In this document: positions 8,921-17,843 of the stretch, piece after piece
Layout: the number at the start of each line of letters is the position of its first letter
How positions within the stretch are numbered: position 1 is the stretch's first letter
From: a virus
Lineage: Duplodnaviria; Caudoviricetes
Length of the DNA stretch: 44,808 bases
Direction: 5' to 3' (one strand)
Virus record (IMG/VR): IMGVR_UViG_3300021082_000009
Coordinates: 1 to 44,808 of that record
The notes under the pieces: generated by a model
Database searches by the model: none
The model's input: the letters and a program-made list of their open reading frames with translations, nothing else
Told to the model about the DNA's origin: nothing
Made by a program: the position numbers and the translations under genes

Positions 8921-9164
8921 GTGTTCACACTCAGCACGCAGTCAGTTACGTACGCTCGCTCGCACACGTATGTACGCTCGCGCCCGCCAGCCCTTACGTA
9001 CGCTCCGATACACATTGTATACCTGCCCCGCGCAGCCATGAGTTCAAACATCATAACTCAAACGCGCACATCCCCCAAGCTACAAACTACATAACACAAA
9101 CATACGCACGCTCTGTTTGGGCTATTTGTCATTTAGGCATGTGGCTACAAGTGTCAAACACGAC

Positions 9165-9192
9165 TTGCTTGTAGTCCTATATGTGGTATAAT
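9165..9192 (+). promoter_or_regulatory. Conserved phage early promoter
   Basis: TTGCTT-gtagtcctatatgtgg-TATAAT; near-identical copies at 14058 and 16900. Confidence 0.75.
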
Positions 9193-9276
9193 AAAGGCTG
9201 TACAAATGAAGAAAACAAGTGGTGGTTGTAATAGATGGTGTGACTTGCACACTGTATACATGAGAGGGAGAGGTGT

Positions 9277-9396
9277 ATGTGGAATGTACTATACGTGTTG
9301 GCTGCATTAGGTGTTGCATGGTATATCAATGTGAATGATCCACCTGCACAAGTGCAGTACTGCAACTGGCGTGCGTCTGTTGATGAATGCAACTAA
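9277..9396 (+). CDS. Small membrane peptide (39 aa), not in the ORF track
   Basis: RBS GGGAGAGGT; MWNVLYVLAALGVAWYINVNDPPAQVQYCNWRASVDECN*; stop abuts the next RBS. Confidence 0.6.
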   Translation: MWNVLYVLAALGVAWYINVNDPPAQVQYCNWRASVDECN

Positions 9397-9408
9397 GGGA
9401 GATATACA

Positions 9409-10224
9409 ATGAATATGTTATCACTGAGTGAGATCGCTGCTAATCAAACTGCTAAGGTGTTTGAGGATGTTGACAAGATGCGTCAACTAGTGCCATCGTT
9501 GTTTGCTACCAATCCACATCCACGTATGAGTGGTAAGTATGCGTTCACTAACACATATGACATACTACTACACATGCACAACCGCGGCTACCGTGTAGCT
9601 AGCATCATGGGTGGTGGTACATCATTCCGTAAGGTGTTAGTGCGTATGCGTAATGATAAGCATCGCATTGATCAGCGTATGCCTGAGATGTGTGTGCTTG
9701 ATAGTCATGATGGTAGTACACCTATCAAACTAGCAATAGGCTTCCTTGATGGCGTGTGCTTGAATGGTATGATAGCAGGCGACTTCTTCTATGCGCGTCG
9801 TTACTTACACCGTGTGCCTGACCTCATGCAACAGATCATGCTTGAGTTGGATGATGTAGGTGAACACATCACACGCATGAACAAACGACTTGATGAGTAT
9901 ACAGCGTATACAACTACAATAGGTGAACGCCTACGCATATGTGATGCTGCTATCACTGCGCGTTGGGGTAGCGGTAAAGAGGTAGATGAAGGCTTCAAAG
10001 CTATGCTACATGCTAAACTACTCGCACCTCGTCGCATTGAAGATCGCAGTGATACACTGTATAAAGTGATGAACGTAGTACAGGAGAATACACTGCGTGG
10101 TGGTCAACACTACGTCGCTAACAATCGCATGAACAGCATCCGCTCTATCTCTGCTGTTGACCGCAACGTGAAGATCAATCAAGCTATCTGGACTGCTGCT
10201 GATGAGGTGTTACAGGCAGCTTAG
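9409..10224 (+). CDS. DUF932 (DUF945)-family protein
   Basis: Motifs PSLFA..PHPRMSGKYAF, DSHDGS, VCLNGMI and LYKVMNVVQENTLRGG match my recollection of this family. Confidence 0.8.
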   Translation: MNMLSLSEIAANQTAKVFEDVDKMRQLVPSLFATNPHPRMSGKYAFTNTYDILLHMHNRGYRVASIMGGGTSFRKVLVRMRNDKHRIDQRMPEMCVLDSHDGSTPIKLAIGFLDGVCLNGMIAGDFFYARRYLHRVPDLMQQIMLELDDVGEHITRMNKRLDEYTAYTTTIGERLRICDAAITARWGSGKEVDEGFKAMLHAKLLAPRRIEDRSDTLYKVMNVVQENTLRGGQHYVANNRMNSIRSISAVDRNVKINQAIWTAADEVLQAA

Positions 10225-10307
10225 TTGCGTTGGCTAAGCATGATGCTTCCGGCCCGCTGCGCGTGCCGGGTTGTGTATATCTGTTATAGGTGAGAGGAGA
10301 GGAGACT

Positions 10308-11237
10308 ATGCTAGCGCAGGATTGGCTATATGGCGATCGTGCACGTAGTAAGTACGACAGCTTTGTTGAGCGTCACCTTAAGCTACCAATCAAGTTCAAT
10401 CCACACTCGTCGCTAGCTGTGTTGAATACACTCGCAGAGCGCATCGTCTTCACGGACGATGTGCCTTCGCTTTTGTATGAGATGCATGACAACAAGCAGC
10501 TAACATTCGATGGCATGTTATCAACTGCCAAGCTGCCATACGACTGTTTCTGGCTTGAGTACACATCACGCATAGGCATAGGTGACGTTGATGAGATTGA
10601 GTATGCTAAGTATGGCGCACTTATACAGCGTGTAGGTCTGAATGCTGTACGCATGTACATCATCACAGGCTTGAAGCTCAAGTTGCCTACTGAGACATTC
10701 GACAAGTCATGCTCACTAACACAGATCATCGAGTTTGATGATTGGCCTCCTACTGTGCGTGATGTAGATGGCCGCATGATGCTACGCTTCTCTGTGCTAT
10801 GGGCGTTCAATGAGGATAAGCTGAAGAAGAACACGCCGCATATTGCTGAGCTAGGTAGCGTAGTGAGTGAGATCATCTTCGGTATCTTCCTAGTAACACA
10901 ACCGAAGATATACAGTGTAGACACGGTAACATGGAAGGACAGTCATAAGCGTGCACGCGCACTCAAGGACAAGCCGCCGTTGTTAGAGTATCGCAAGCTC
11001 AAGCTACACATCGGTAAGACACACAAACACTACGCGCAGCGGCCCGCCATCCGCAGCGTACCTAGCGATAGCACTGATAGTGTGGCAGCTATCCAACATC
11101 GTCGCTACCACAAGGTGATGGGTCACTTTCGTCACTACGTCGATCATGATCCACCACATACAACATGGATTGAGCCACACTACCGTGGTGATCCATCACT
11201 AGGCGTCACATTCACTGAGAGGGATGTAAGCAAATGA
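10308..11237 (+). CDS. Hypothetical phage protein with C-terminal HxVxGHFR...WIxPHxRG motif
   Basis: RBS GAGAGGAG before ATG 10308; basic, His-rich C-terminus. Confidence 0.8.
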   Translation: MLAQDWLYGDRARSKYDSFVERHLKLPIKFNPHSSLAVLNTLAERIVFTDDVPSLLYEMHDNKQLTFDGMLSTAKLPYDCFWLEYTSRIGIGDVDEIEYAKYGALIQRVGLNAVRMYIITGLKLKLPTETFDKSCSLTQIIEFDDWPPTVRDVDGRMMLRFSVLWAFNEDKLKKNTPHIAELGSVVSEIIFGIFLVTQPKIYSVDTVTWKDSHKRARALKDKPPLLEYRKLKLHIGKTHKHYAQRPAIRSVPSDSTDSVAAIQHRRYHKVMGHFRHYVDHDPPHTTWIEPHYRGDPSLGVTFTERDVSK

Positions 11238-11410
11238 CTACTCGCTTAGTCGCTTATACAATGGCACAACAACTTGAAATCTTCTATCGTCATGAACTGC
11301 AACAAGGGAGAGATGACATACCAGAGCCTAGACGTGTGTATATACAGCGTGCTGATGGTGCACACATCCCGTTGGATAGCACACTGATAGTGATGTATAG
11401 TGATGAGTAG
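11234..11410 (+). CDS. Hypothetical protein (58 aa), not in the ORF track
   Basis: ATGA overlap with the upstream stop; MTTRLVAYTMAQQLEIF...VMYSDE* fills the gap exactly. Confidence 0.55.
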   Translation: MTTRLVAYTMAQQLEIFYRHELQQGRDDIPEPRRVYIQRADGAHIPLDSTLIVMYSDE

Positions 11411-11660
11411 CAATCCTAACAGTGACCGTGTATGGCTGCAACCAGGGACACGCGCACAGATGCTAATCTACCGCACTGAGAGTAAGACATGGCAAGTGTG
11501 GACTGCTACTAACTCACGCACAGGCGATAGTCGCTTGTGGCTAGGTACATACATGGAGCTATACCCTGATGGCACATGTATGCAGGTCAATCGTACTGCT
11601 ACTGATGAGACTGCAATCATGGTTCGTCCCAAGTTCGTACACAAGGAGTTCGATCAATGA
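11403..11660 (+). CDS. Hypothetical protein
   Basis: ORF in a tightly packed early operon. Confidence 0.65.
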   Translation: MSSNPNSDRVWLQPGTRAQMLIYRTESKTWQVWTATNSRTGDSRLWLGTYMELYPDGTCMQVNRTATDETAIMVRPKFVHKEFDQ

Positions 11661-11968
11661 TGACACCACTGACTACAACGCAGGTGCCTGAGATGGATGA
11701 AGCTCGTATGGCATTTGCTAACAAGCTCAACGACCACATCATCAAGCTGCGTGAGGAGTTGCGTATCAATGAACTTATCTTGGAGAGTATACTACATTCT
11801 CTTAGTAGCCAGACTGAAGGCATGGCTCAAATGAATGCCGAGATACATGCTGAACGTATAGCTGCTGCACGTCATCGCCCTGTCATGTTGACCGAACAGG
11901 GTGAAGACTTACTCAAGAAGCTCGGTCAATCTATAGTTGCTAAGACTAACGGCGCTGATCAATCTTAA
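11657..11968 (+). CDS. Hypothetical coiled-coil protein
   Basis: RBS AAGGAG, ATGA overlap. Confidence 0.7.
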   Translation: MMTPLTTTQVPEMDEARMAFANKLNDHIIKLREELRINELILESILHSLSSQTEGMAQMNAEIHAERIAAARHRPVMLTEQGEDLLKKLGQSIVAKTNGADQS

Positions 11969-11999
11969 CCACGTATCTCTGTGAGAGGAGAACACTACA

Positions 12000-13262
12000 A
12001 TGACTAAGCTCGTATGCTTCTACAACAATGGTGACTTCGACACACGTAGCTTCACCATCATGGGCCTATCCGCTAAGCCCAATGAGAACGCAGTAGGCTT
12101 CTTTGGTACTGGCTTCAAGTATGCAATAGCCACGTTGCTGCGCTATAGTGCGAAGGTGAAGATGACCATTCGCAATCCACACGCGCATGAAGATGACTAT
12201 TACACAGTGTATACCTTCAGCACCAAGCCTGACCACTTTCGTGAGCAGGAGTACGACTTTGTTCACTGCTGCGTTGAGGATGCCAGCAATGAGTATGAGC
12301 CACGCTTCATTGAGTTGCCGTTCACCACGCACTTAGGTGCTAACTGGCAACTGTGGCAGGCGTATCGTGAGTTGTTCACCAATGCGCGTGATGAGGGTGG
12401 TGGTGTGATGGCTGTCACTAACACATTCATCAAGCCCGCGGACATCTGTGTGTATGTAGAACACGAGGACTTCAATGTCATTCATAGTAACCATGATAAG
12501 TACTTCATCAACGACATCCCTACACTCGCTACCTCTAGCGATATGCGTTGCTGCGCTCGTATTGAGCATAGTGATAATGTCGTCTACTATCGTGGCATGT
12601 ACACTGGCACCAAGCTTGAGAAGGAGACGTACTTCACCTACGACTACACCAGCAAGCAAAAGCTGACAGAGGATCGTACGCTCGCTGATACGTGGTCTAT
12701 TCGTAATGACATCAGCGAGATATGGGTACATGATCTGTCATATGACATGCTCGTTGAGAACCTGCCATACATTAGTAAGAGCCACTACTACGAGAGCCAC
12801 CTCAACGACTACTCATACAACATCAGTGATGACTTCAAGCGTGCGTGTAAGTACCTCATCGACACACACGTGCCTATCCCGTACTGGGCTATGAAGCTGT
12901 ACACTAACACGCTGCCGTTCAATAAGCAGATCGACCGCTATAAGCTCGATGCCTACCAGAAGACGTTGCTTGATCGTGCTATGCGTGTGATGAAGCATCT
13001 CGATATGATCGTTGATAAGAAGATGGTGCATCCTTGTGTATCATTGCCTGATGAGGTGTTAGGCCTATACCGTGATGGCTGCATCTACATCAGCAAAGGT
13101 GCATTCGACAAGGGCTTCACTACGTTGCTTGGCACATTGTATGAGGAGTGGCTACATCACACTACCAAGTGTGAAGACATGACACGTGAGATGCAGAACA
13201 AGTTGGTTGATCGTATAGCTACGCTCATGGATCGTATCTACACGGTTGACAAGGGGTTCTAA
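12000..13262 (+). CDS. GHKL-type ATPase-like protein with permuted motif order and a C-terminal metallopeptidase-like helix
   Basis: NNG and GFFGTGFK precede YRELFTNARDEG; C-terminal LLGTLYEEWLHH; RBS GAGAGGAG. Confidence 0.65.
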   Translation: MTKLVCFYNNGDFDTRSFTIMGLSAKPNENAVGFFGTGFKYAIATLLRYSAKVKMTIRNPHAHEDDYYTVYTFSTKPDHFREQEYDFVHCCVEDASNEYEPRFIELPFTTHLGANWQLWQAYRELFTNARDEGGGVMAVTNTFIKPADICVYVEHEDFNVIHSNHDKYFINDIPTLATSSDMRCCARIEHSDNVVYYRGMYTGTKLEKETYFTYDYTSKQKLTEDRTLADTWSIRNDISEIWVHDLSYDMLVENLPYISKSHYYESHLNDYSYNISDDFKRACKYLIDTHVPIPYWAMKLYTNTLPFNKQIDRYKLDAYQKTLLDRAMRVMKHLDMIVDKKMVHPCVSLPDEVLGLYRDGCIYISKGAFDKGFTTLLGTLYEEWLHHTTKCEDMTREMQNKLVDRIATLMDRIYTVDKGF

Positions 13263-13366
13263 TGTCTACGCTGCTGTGGTGGTGGTACTATAGTCGTACC
13301 ATCATCACACTGCACCTGCTCATGATGCTGCCTATCGTATGCACACTGTATATGTGGAGGAGATGG

Positions 13367-14056
13367 ATGACTAAGCTCGTGTGTGTTAATGGGCATGATC
13401 GCTGTTATCTAGGACCAGATCCAAGCTGTCCATACTGTGAACGTCGTAAGGACATGCCTGATCATGTAGCAGCTAATCGTGTAGCCAACAAGACGAAGCG
13501 CACTAAACGCTTGCGTGGCAGTAGTGAGCGTAGTGAGTTCTATGATGTGTTCCGTCGCATAGACATGCACAATGGAGACAAGGAGGTGTGTTGGGAGTGG
13601 CGTGGTGCACATGGCCTAGGTACACGTCAAGAGTGGCGACCTCGCGTAGCTATAGACAACAAGCACTACTACGTCTATCGCGTGGTCTATCAACTGTACA
13701 CAGGCCACACATTGGCTAAGCACGAAGTTGTCCGCCACACATGCGACCATTCATGGTGCTGCAACCCGCATCACATGTTGGTAGGTACACAGGCTGACAA
13801 CGTAGCTGACATGCTCGACCGTGAGCGTGTAGGTATCAAGCATTACCACGTCAAGCGTATCATGGAGATGCTTGAGATCGGTTGTACCGCTGAGTTCATC
13901 AGCCGTAAGATGCGTGAGGGCTACGACATGCAGATTGATCCTAGCATGGTACGCAAGATACGTATGCGTACTGTGTATAGGCACATACCGTGGCCTTGGG
14001 GTGACAACTACGCAACTGCGCGTAGAGCTAGACTAGCGAAGCTGCGAGCAGAGTGA
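13367..14056 (+). CDS. HNH endonuclease (the frame is open from 13262)
   Basis: CWEWRG, YRVVYQLYTG and VVRHTCDHSWCCNPHHMLVGTQADNVADM; RBS GGAGGAG before ATG 13367. Confidence 0.85.
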   Translation: MTKLVCVNGHDRCYLGPDPSCPYCERRKDMPDHVAANRVANKTKRTKRLRGSSERSEFYDVFRRIDMHNGDKEVCWEWRGAHGLGTRQEWRPRVAIDNKHYYVYRVVYQLYTGHTLAKHEVVRHTCDHSWCCNPHHMLVGTQADNVADMLDRERVGIKHYHVKRIMEMLEIGCTAEFISRKMREGYDMQIDPSMVRKIRMRTVYRHIPWPWGDNYATARRARLAKLRAE

Positions 14057-14057
14057 T

Positions 14058-14085
14058 TTGCTTGTAGTTCTACATGTGTTATAAT
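14058..14085 (+). promoter_or_regulatory. Conserved phage promoter
   Basis: TTGCTT-gtagttctacatgtgt-TATAAT followed by AGTAC. Confidence 0.75.
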
Positions 14086-14114
14086 AGTACTATTCACAAA
14101 GAGAGGAGACTACA

Positions 14115-14567
14115 ATGGCTAAGGCTAAGGCTAAGACTACGCTTGATGACTTAGTACCACTTGAGGCGCGTGTTACACAGTGTATACGTGGCTTCCCAAC
14201 GCCTGCTACTACACAAGATGCAATAGACCGTGCTGCTGCTGAGTATCTAGTTGCCAACTTGCTACGCCAGCAAGCTGACAAACGCTGCGATGCTGCTAAG
14301 CGTACCATCGTCGAGGCTCATGAACAGGACATTGCAAAGCTACGCAATGAAGCTGCTGAGAGGATGGAGAAGGTGACTAAGAGTGTGATGGGCGTTGATT
14401 GGTCTATCATGTTCGCAGTCAACAAGCCTGTTACTACTACTAGTGCCAGTGACTTGCGTACTCAGTTGATCAAGCTAGGTGTGAAGGCTGAGTTGATTGA
14501 TGAAGCTATGACTAAGGCTGAGAAGAAGTACACTCCCGCTCTTACTGTCACTGCACAACGCGAATAG
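14115..14567 (+). CDS. Hypothetical protein (150 aa)
   Basis: RBS GAGAGGAG directly after a promoter. Confidence 0.85.
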   Translation: MAKAKAKTTLDDLVPLEARVTQCIRGFPTPATTQDAIDRAAAEYLVANLLRQQADKRCDAAKRTIVEAHEQDIAKLRNEAAERMEKVTKSVMGVDWSIMFAVNKPVTTTSASDLRTQLIKLGVKAELIDEAMTKAEKKYTPALTVTAQRE

Positions 14568-14577
14568 GGTACTGCCA

Positions 14578-14955
14578 ATGGACGACGATAACAAAGTCGT
14601 CAAGCTGCGCCAGCCTCAGGTGGATAAGCCTACGGCTGGCGTAGTCGTTGATGATCCTATCAATCCCAAGTCTATCCTCAACATGACTGACGTTGAACAG
14701 GACATGCTCTTGCAGCAACTGCGCGAACGTCGCATGAAGGCTGTTGAGATACTGAAGCGTGCAGACATAGCACGCCGTGAGGCTACCACTGTAGCCATCG
14801 CTATCCGCATTGAGAAGAAGGCTGAACAAGTACAACGCCAAGTGGAGAAGGCCGACAAAGCCCTTGAGAAGCTTGAAGAATTGATCTACGGTCTACGTGC
14901 ACTCGCACTGCAACACACCGATGTAGACATAACCAAGCCAGCAGGCACAACATGA
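14578..14955 (+). CDS. Hypothetical coiled-coil protein
   Basis: Operon position, heptad-like E/K/Q pattern. Confidence 0.8.
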   Translation: MDDDNKVVKLRQPQVDKPTAGVVVDDPINPKSILNMTDVEQDMLLQQLRERRMKAVEILKRADIARREATTVAIAIRIEKKAEQVQRQVEKADKALEKLEELIYGLRALALQHTDVDITKPAGTT

Positions 14956-15362
14956 GCATCCCACCTGTAGCTCGTCAGCGGCTCGATGTTGTACGCACAC
15001 AGCAAAAGTTGCGTAAGCATAAGAGCATCTCACACTACATGCCGCTGCTACTGCAAGCTGCTGAACGTATCCCACTCATACGTCAGCTAACACACAACGA
15101 CGACACAGGCACCCTTCGCTTCCTCTACCAAGGTCGTCGCATCCAGTACTACATCACCACCCACCGACTACTCATCTGCAACGCTCTCGGATATACGACG
15201 TATATCTACGAACCACAGCAGATGATCGAACTCATCCTCACAGCTAATGCTAACTCATTCCAAATGGAGACTGACGATGGTGAACTATGTCCAACGGGCG
15301 CGCGACGTGCGTCTTACACTCCGTACCCTCGGCATGGAGGCAGGCACAATAAAGACACTTGA
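14952..15362 (+). CDS. Hypothetical protein
   Basis: ATGA overlap; its 3' end overlaps the next gene by 86 nt. Confidence 0.55.
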   Translation: MSIPPVARQRLDVVRTQQKLRKHKSISHYMPLLLQAAERIPLIRQLTHNDDTGTLRFLYQGRRIQYYITTHRLLICNALGYTTYIYEPQQMIELILTANANSFQMETDDGELCPTGARRASYTPYPRHGGRHNKDT

Positions 15363-15543
15363 GCTACTCGCAGAAGACAACGAGATGCTGCGCCAGGAGA
15401 TGGCCTCACTCGTAGAGGCTATGAACAAGATGGCAGACATCGTTGCTGACATCGCTACTGTAGGACAGAAGCTCAAGGGTGATTGGGAGAAGGTCCGCAA
15501 AGACATGCACCCAAATAGCGAAGCAGGGAAGGATATACAGTGA
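15277..15543 (+). CDS. Hypothetical coiled-coil protein
   Basis: RBS GGAG before ATG 15277. Confidence 0.7.
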   Translation: MVNYVQRARDVRLTLRTLGMEAGTIKTLELLAEDNEMLRQEMASLVEAMNKMADIVADIATVGQKLKGDWEKVRKDMHPNSEAGKDIQ

Positions 15544-15833
15544 ATACATTGCATGATGACGCACCAGAGGAACGTGCACGTGTATACGGCATACTCGCTC
15601 CACTCATCATGGCCTTCCACGTCCACAACGCTGGTAAACAATTCCACATCGAAGATTTGCGCCGTTATGTGCTTGAGTTCGCACCTAGTGGCGCTATAGC
15701 ACCTGACAGCCCTGGCCGCATACTACGTGAGATGCGTCTAGAAGGTAAGCTCAACTACGTCGTACTAAATCGTAGACAATCACTGTATCAGTTCAGGGAG
15801 GTACTAGCTGATGTTGATCAGGCGCACAACTGA
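15540..15833 (+). CDS. Hypothetical protein, possibly winged-helix
   Basis: APDSPGRILREMRLEGKLNYVVLNRRQSLYQF resembles a recognition helix plus wing. Confidence 0.65.
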   Translation: MNTLHDDAPEERARVYGILAPLIMAFHVHNAGKQFHIEDLRRYVLEFAPSGAIAPDSPGRILREMRLEGKLNYVVLNRRQSLYQFREVLADVDQAHN

Positions 15834-16893
15834 TACGTCGCTGCCGTGGGTAGATTACTCTACTATGACTGCAATCAACACATGTCCTAGATGGGGCTTG
15901 ATCAACTCATGGCATGGTAAACACCTAAGTGCAGGAGTAGAACGTGTCCTACCACTCGAAGCTGGCCGCGCTATGCATGATGTGTTCGCAGCTTGTCGCT
16001 TCTTCGACCTTATACACAGTATATGTGGCGACACGTTAGACATGCAGCTTGAGAAGCTTGCGCGGATCAACGTCTACGCTGGTAAGCTGTTCGCTAATGC
16101 TGAGTTCCCTGATCGTTGGGTACGTGCACTCACATACTACAATAGCGGCGAGGATGAGATCACTCGTTGTATGCAGATGTGTCTCAACCTACTAGAGACA
16201 AGTGGCTACTACGACGATGCGCGTGACAACAAGCGTACTATGTCCAACCTCGAAAGTGCCGCAATCAACTACATCCAACGCTATCCACTAGGTCGCTTCA
16301 TACCCATCATGACCGATGAGTTCATAGGTGTGGAGGTGCCATTCGATGTTACTCTGCATGATAGTCGCGACAATCCTCTTATGCGCTTCATTGGTCGTGT
16401 GGATGGCGTATGTCTTGATACTATGCGGCCTAGCGACACAACACCTGAGGTACATGAGAACAAGACGGGTAGTCGTATTGACACTGTGTGGTCTAACAGC
16501 TTCGACACTAGCCATCAAGTCACAGGTTACTGCATTGCACTATCGTGTGTGCTGGGACTACCAGTTCGCAACGTAGTGATGTGGGGCTTGCAGCTACCTG
16601 TACCTAAGTCGTCAACTTACAGCGACGGCATCATGCGCTACCCTACATCACGTGATGAGAGAGCATTCCATGAGTGGAAGACGTGGGTACACCATACGCT
16701 GCTTACGATTGAGGTATACGAGCATGATCCTGTTAATGCTCCTATGTATACACATAGCTGCAACCGTTACTTTCGTTCTTGTTCGCTGATCCCGTTCTGC
16801 TGTGAGAGTGACAGAGACAAGCGACAACATATCTTCGATCATGAGATGACTAGCGAGCGTTGGTCACCTCTAGCTGAGACACTCGATCCCTAA
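15811..16893 (+). CDS. PD-(D/E)xK exonuclease, Cas4/AddB-like with four Cys
   Basis: CPRW..GRAMH at the N-terminus, GRVDG..VHENKT, QVTGY and C-terminal CNRYFRSCSLIPFC. Confidence 0.85.
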   Translation: MLIRRTTDTSLPWVDYSTMTAINTCPRWGLINSWHGKHLSAGVERVLPLEAGRAMHDVFAACRFFDLIHSICGDTLDMQLEKLARINVYAGKLFANAEFPDRWVRALTYYNSGEDEITRCMQMCLNLLETSGYYDDARDNKRTMSNLESAAINYIQRYPLGRFIPIMTDEFIGVEVPFDVTLHDSRDNPLMRFIGRVDGVCLDTMRPSDTTPEVHENKTGSRIDTVWSNSFDTSHQVTGYCIALSCVLGLPVRNVVMWGLQLPVPKSSTYSDGIMRYPTSRDERAFHEWKTWVHHTLLTIEVYEHDPVNAPMYTHSCNRYFRSCSLIPFCCESDRDKRQHIFDHEMTSERWSPLAETLDP

Positions 16894-16899
16894 CGTCGC

Positions 16900-16927
16900 T
16901 TGCTTCTACTACTACATGTGCTATAAT
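16900..16927 (+). promoter_or_regulatory. Conserved phage promoter
   Basis: TTGCTT-ctactactacatgtgc-TATAAT followed by AGTAC. Confidence 0.75.
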
Positions 16928-16953
16928 AGTACTTGTAGATGAGAGGAGATGCT

Positions 16954-17730
16954 ATGGATATTGTTATTGAGAAGCCTACTGATACACTCACACGCATATC
17001 AATGCTGCTGTGGGGTGACAGTGGCAGTGGTAAGACTACGTTAGCTGCGACTGCTCCAGGGCGTAAGCTGTTCATCATGCTGGACCCTGATGGTGACATG
17101 AGCATACGCAACATGCCTGACTGGTCACGTGTATACTTAGCTAATGAGAAGTCAGTTGACATCGTGAAGGAGGGAACGAAGCCTGACCCTTACACACTGT
17201 ATAACCAACTTGCCAACTTCGACACTGTGATAGTTGATAGCCTTACCAAGTTCAGCGAACATGCACTACGTCATGCTGTCAACGTAGCACCTAAGTCATC
17301 CATCGAGAACCCAGGCATGAACGGCTACGGCTTGCGTAACACATACGTCGGTGCGTTCGTATCTAACATGTTGCGTATCACTGGTATGCTGAACAAGCAC
17401 TTGATCATGATCACACATGAGAAGGATGGAGATCGCAACTCAGACGGTGGCTTAATAGGTGTGGGCATGATGCTCGGTGGTCAGCTACCTAACATCACTA
17501 GCAAGGACATCAGCGAGGTGTGGAACATGCGTGATCAGGGTGGCAAACGCTATATCGCTATACGTCCTGAACGCTTACGCTCACCAATGAAATCACGCAT
17601 GTTCGATATGACTGGCAACACAGCATTCGAGTGGCGTTACAACAGCAACAAGTTAGAGGGGCCGACTATATCTGATTGGTGGTCAGCATATACCACTAAT
17701 GGATACACCAAGCTCGCCGTCCCCAAGTAA
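16954..17730 (+). CDS. Sak4-like/AAA_24 P-loop ATPase (recombinase)
   Basis: Walker A GDSGSGKT, Walker B TVIVDSLT, ITHEK motif; lies between a nuclease and an SSB-like gene. Confidence 0.8.
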   Translation: MDIVIEKPTDTLTRISMLLWGDSGSGKTTLAATAPGRKLFIMLDPDGDMSIRNMPDWSRVYLANEKSVDIVKEGTKPDPYTLYNQLANFDTVIVDSLTKFSEHALRHAVNVAPKSSIENPGMNGYGLRNTYVGAFVSNMLRITGMLNKHLIMITHEKDGDRNSDGGLIGVGMMLGGQLPNITSKDISEVWNMRDQGGKRYIAIRPERLRSPMKSRMFDMTGNTAFEWRYNSNKLEGPTISDWWSAYTTNGYTKLAVPK

Positions 17731-17732
17731 TA

Positions 17733-17754
17733 GTACCACTAGCTATAGTGGTAC
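17733..17754. other. Perfect hairpin GTACCACTA-GCTA-TAGTGGTAC
   Basis: 9-bp inverted repeat just after the ATPase stop; no U-tract. Confidence 0.6.
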
Positions 17755-17843
17755 AACGCGACACACGTGCCAGCTTTAGTGGCTTGCTGGCTCCGCAGTG
17801 TGTGTATAGTGTATACAGCCACTTAACCAAGAGGAGTACTATA

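Noticed and set aside
8945-9010. Mini CRISPR array
   Set aside because: The repeats are only 8-12 bp with 14-18 bp gaps, far from repeat-spacer dimensions.
8824-9174. Overlapping short ORFs after the 280-aa gene
   Set aside because: They run through hairpins and a terminator and lack an RBS.
15811-16893. CRISPR-Cas locus suggested by the Cas4-like gene
   Set aside because: No cas1/cas2 or array; the context is a recombination module.
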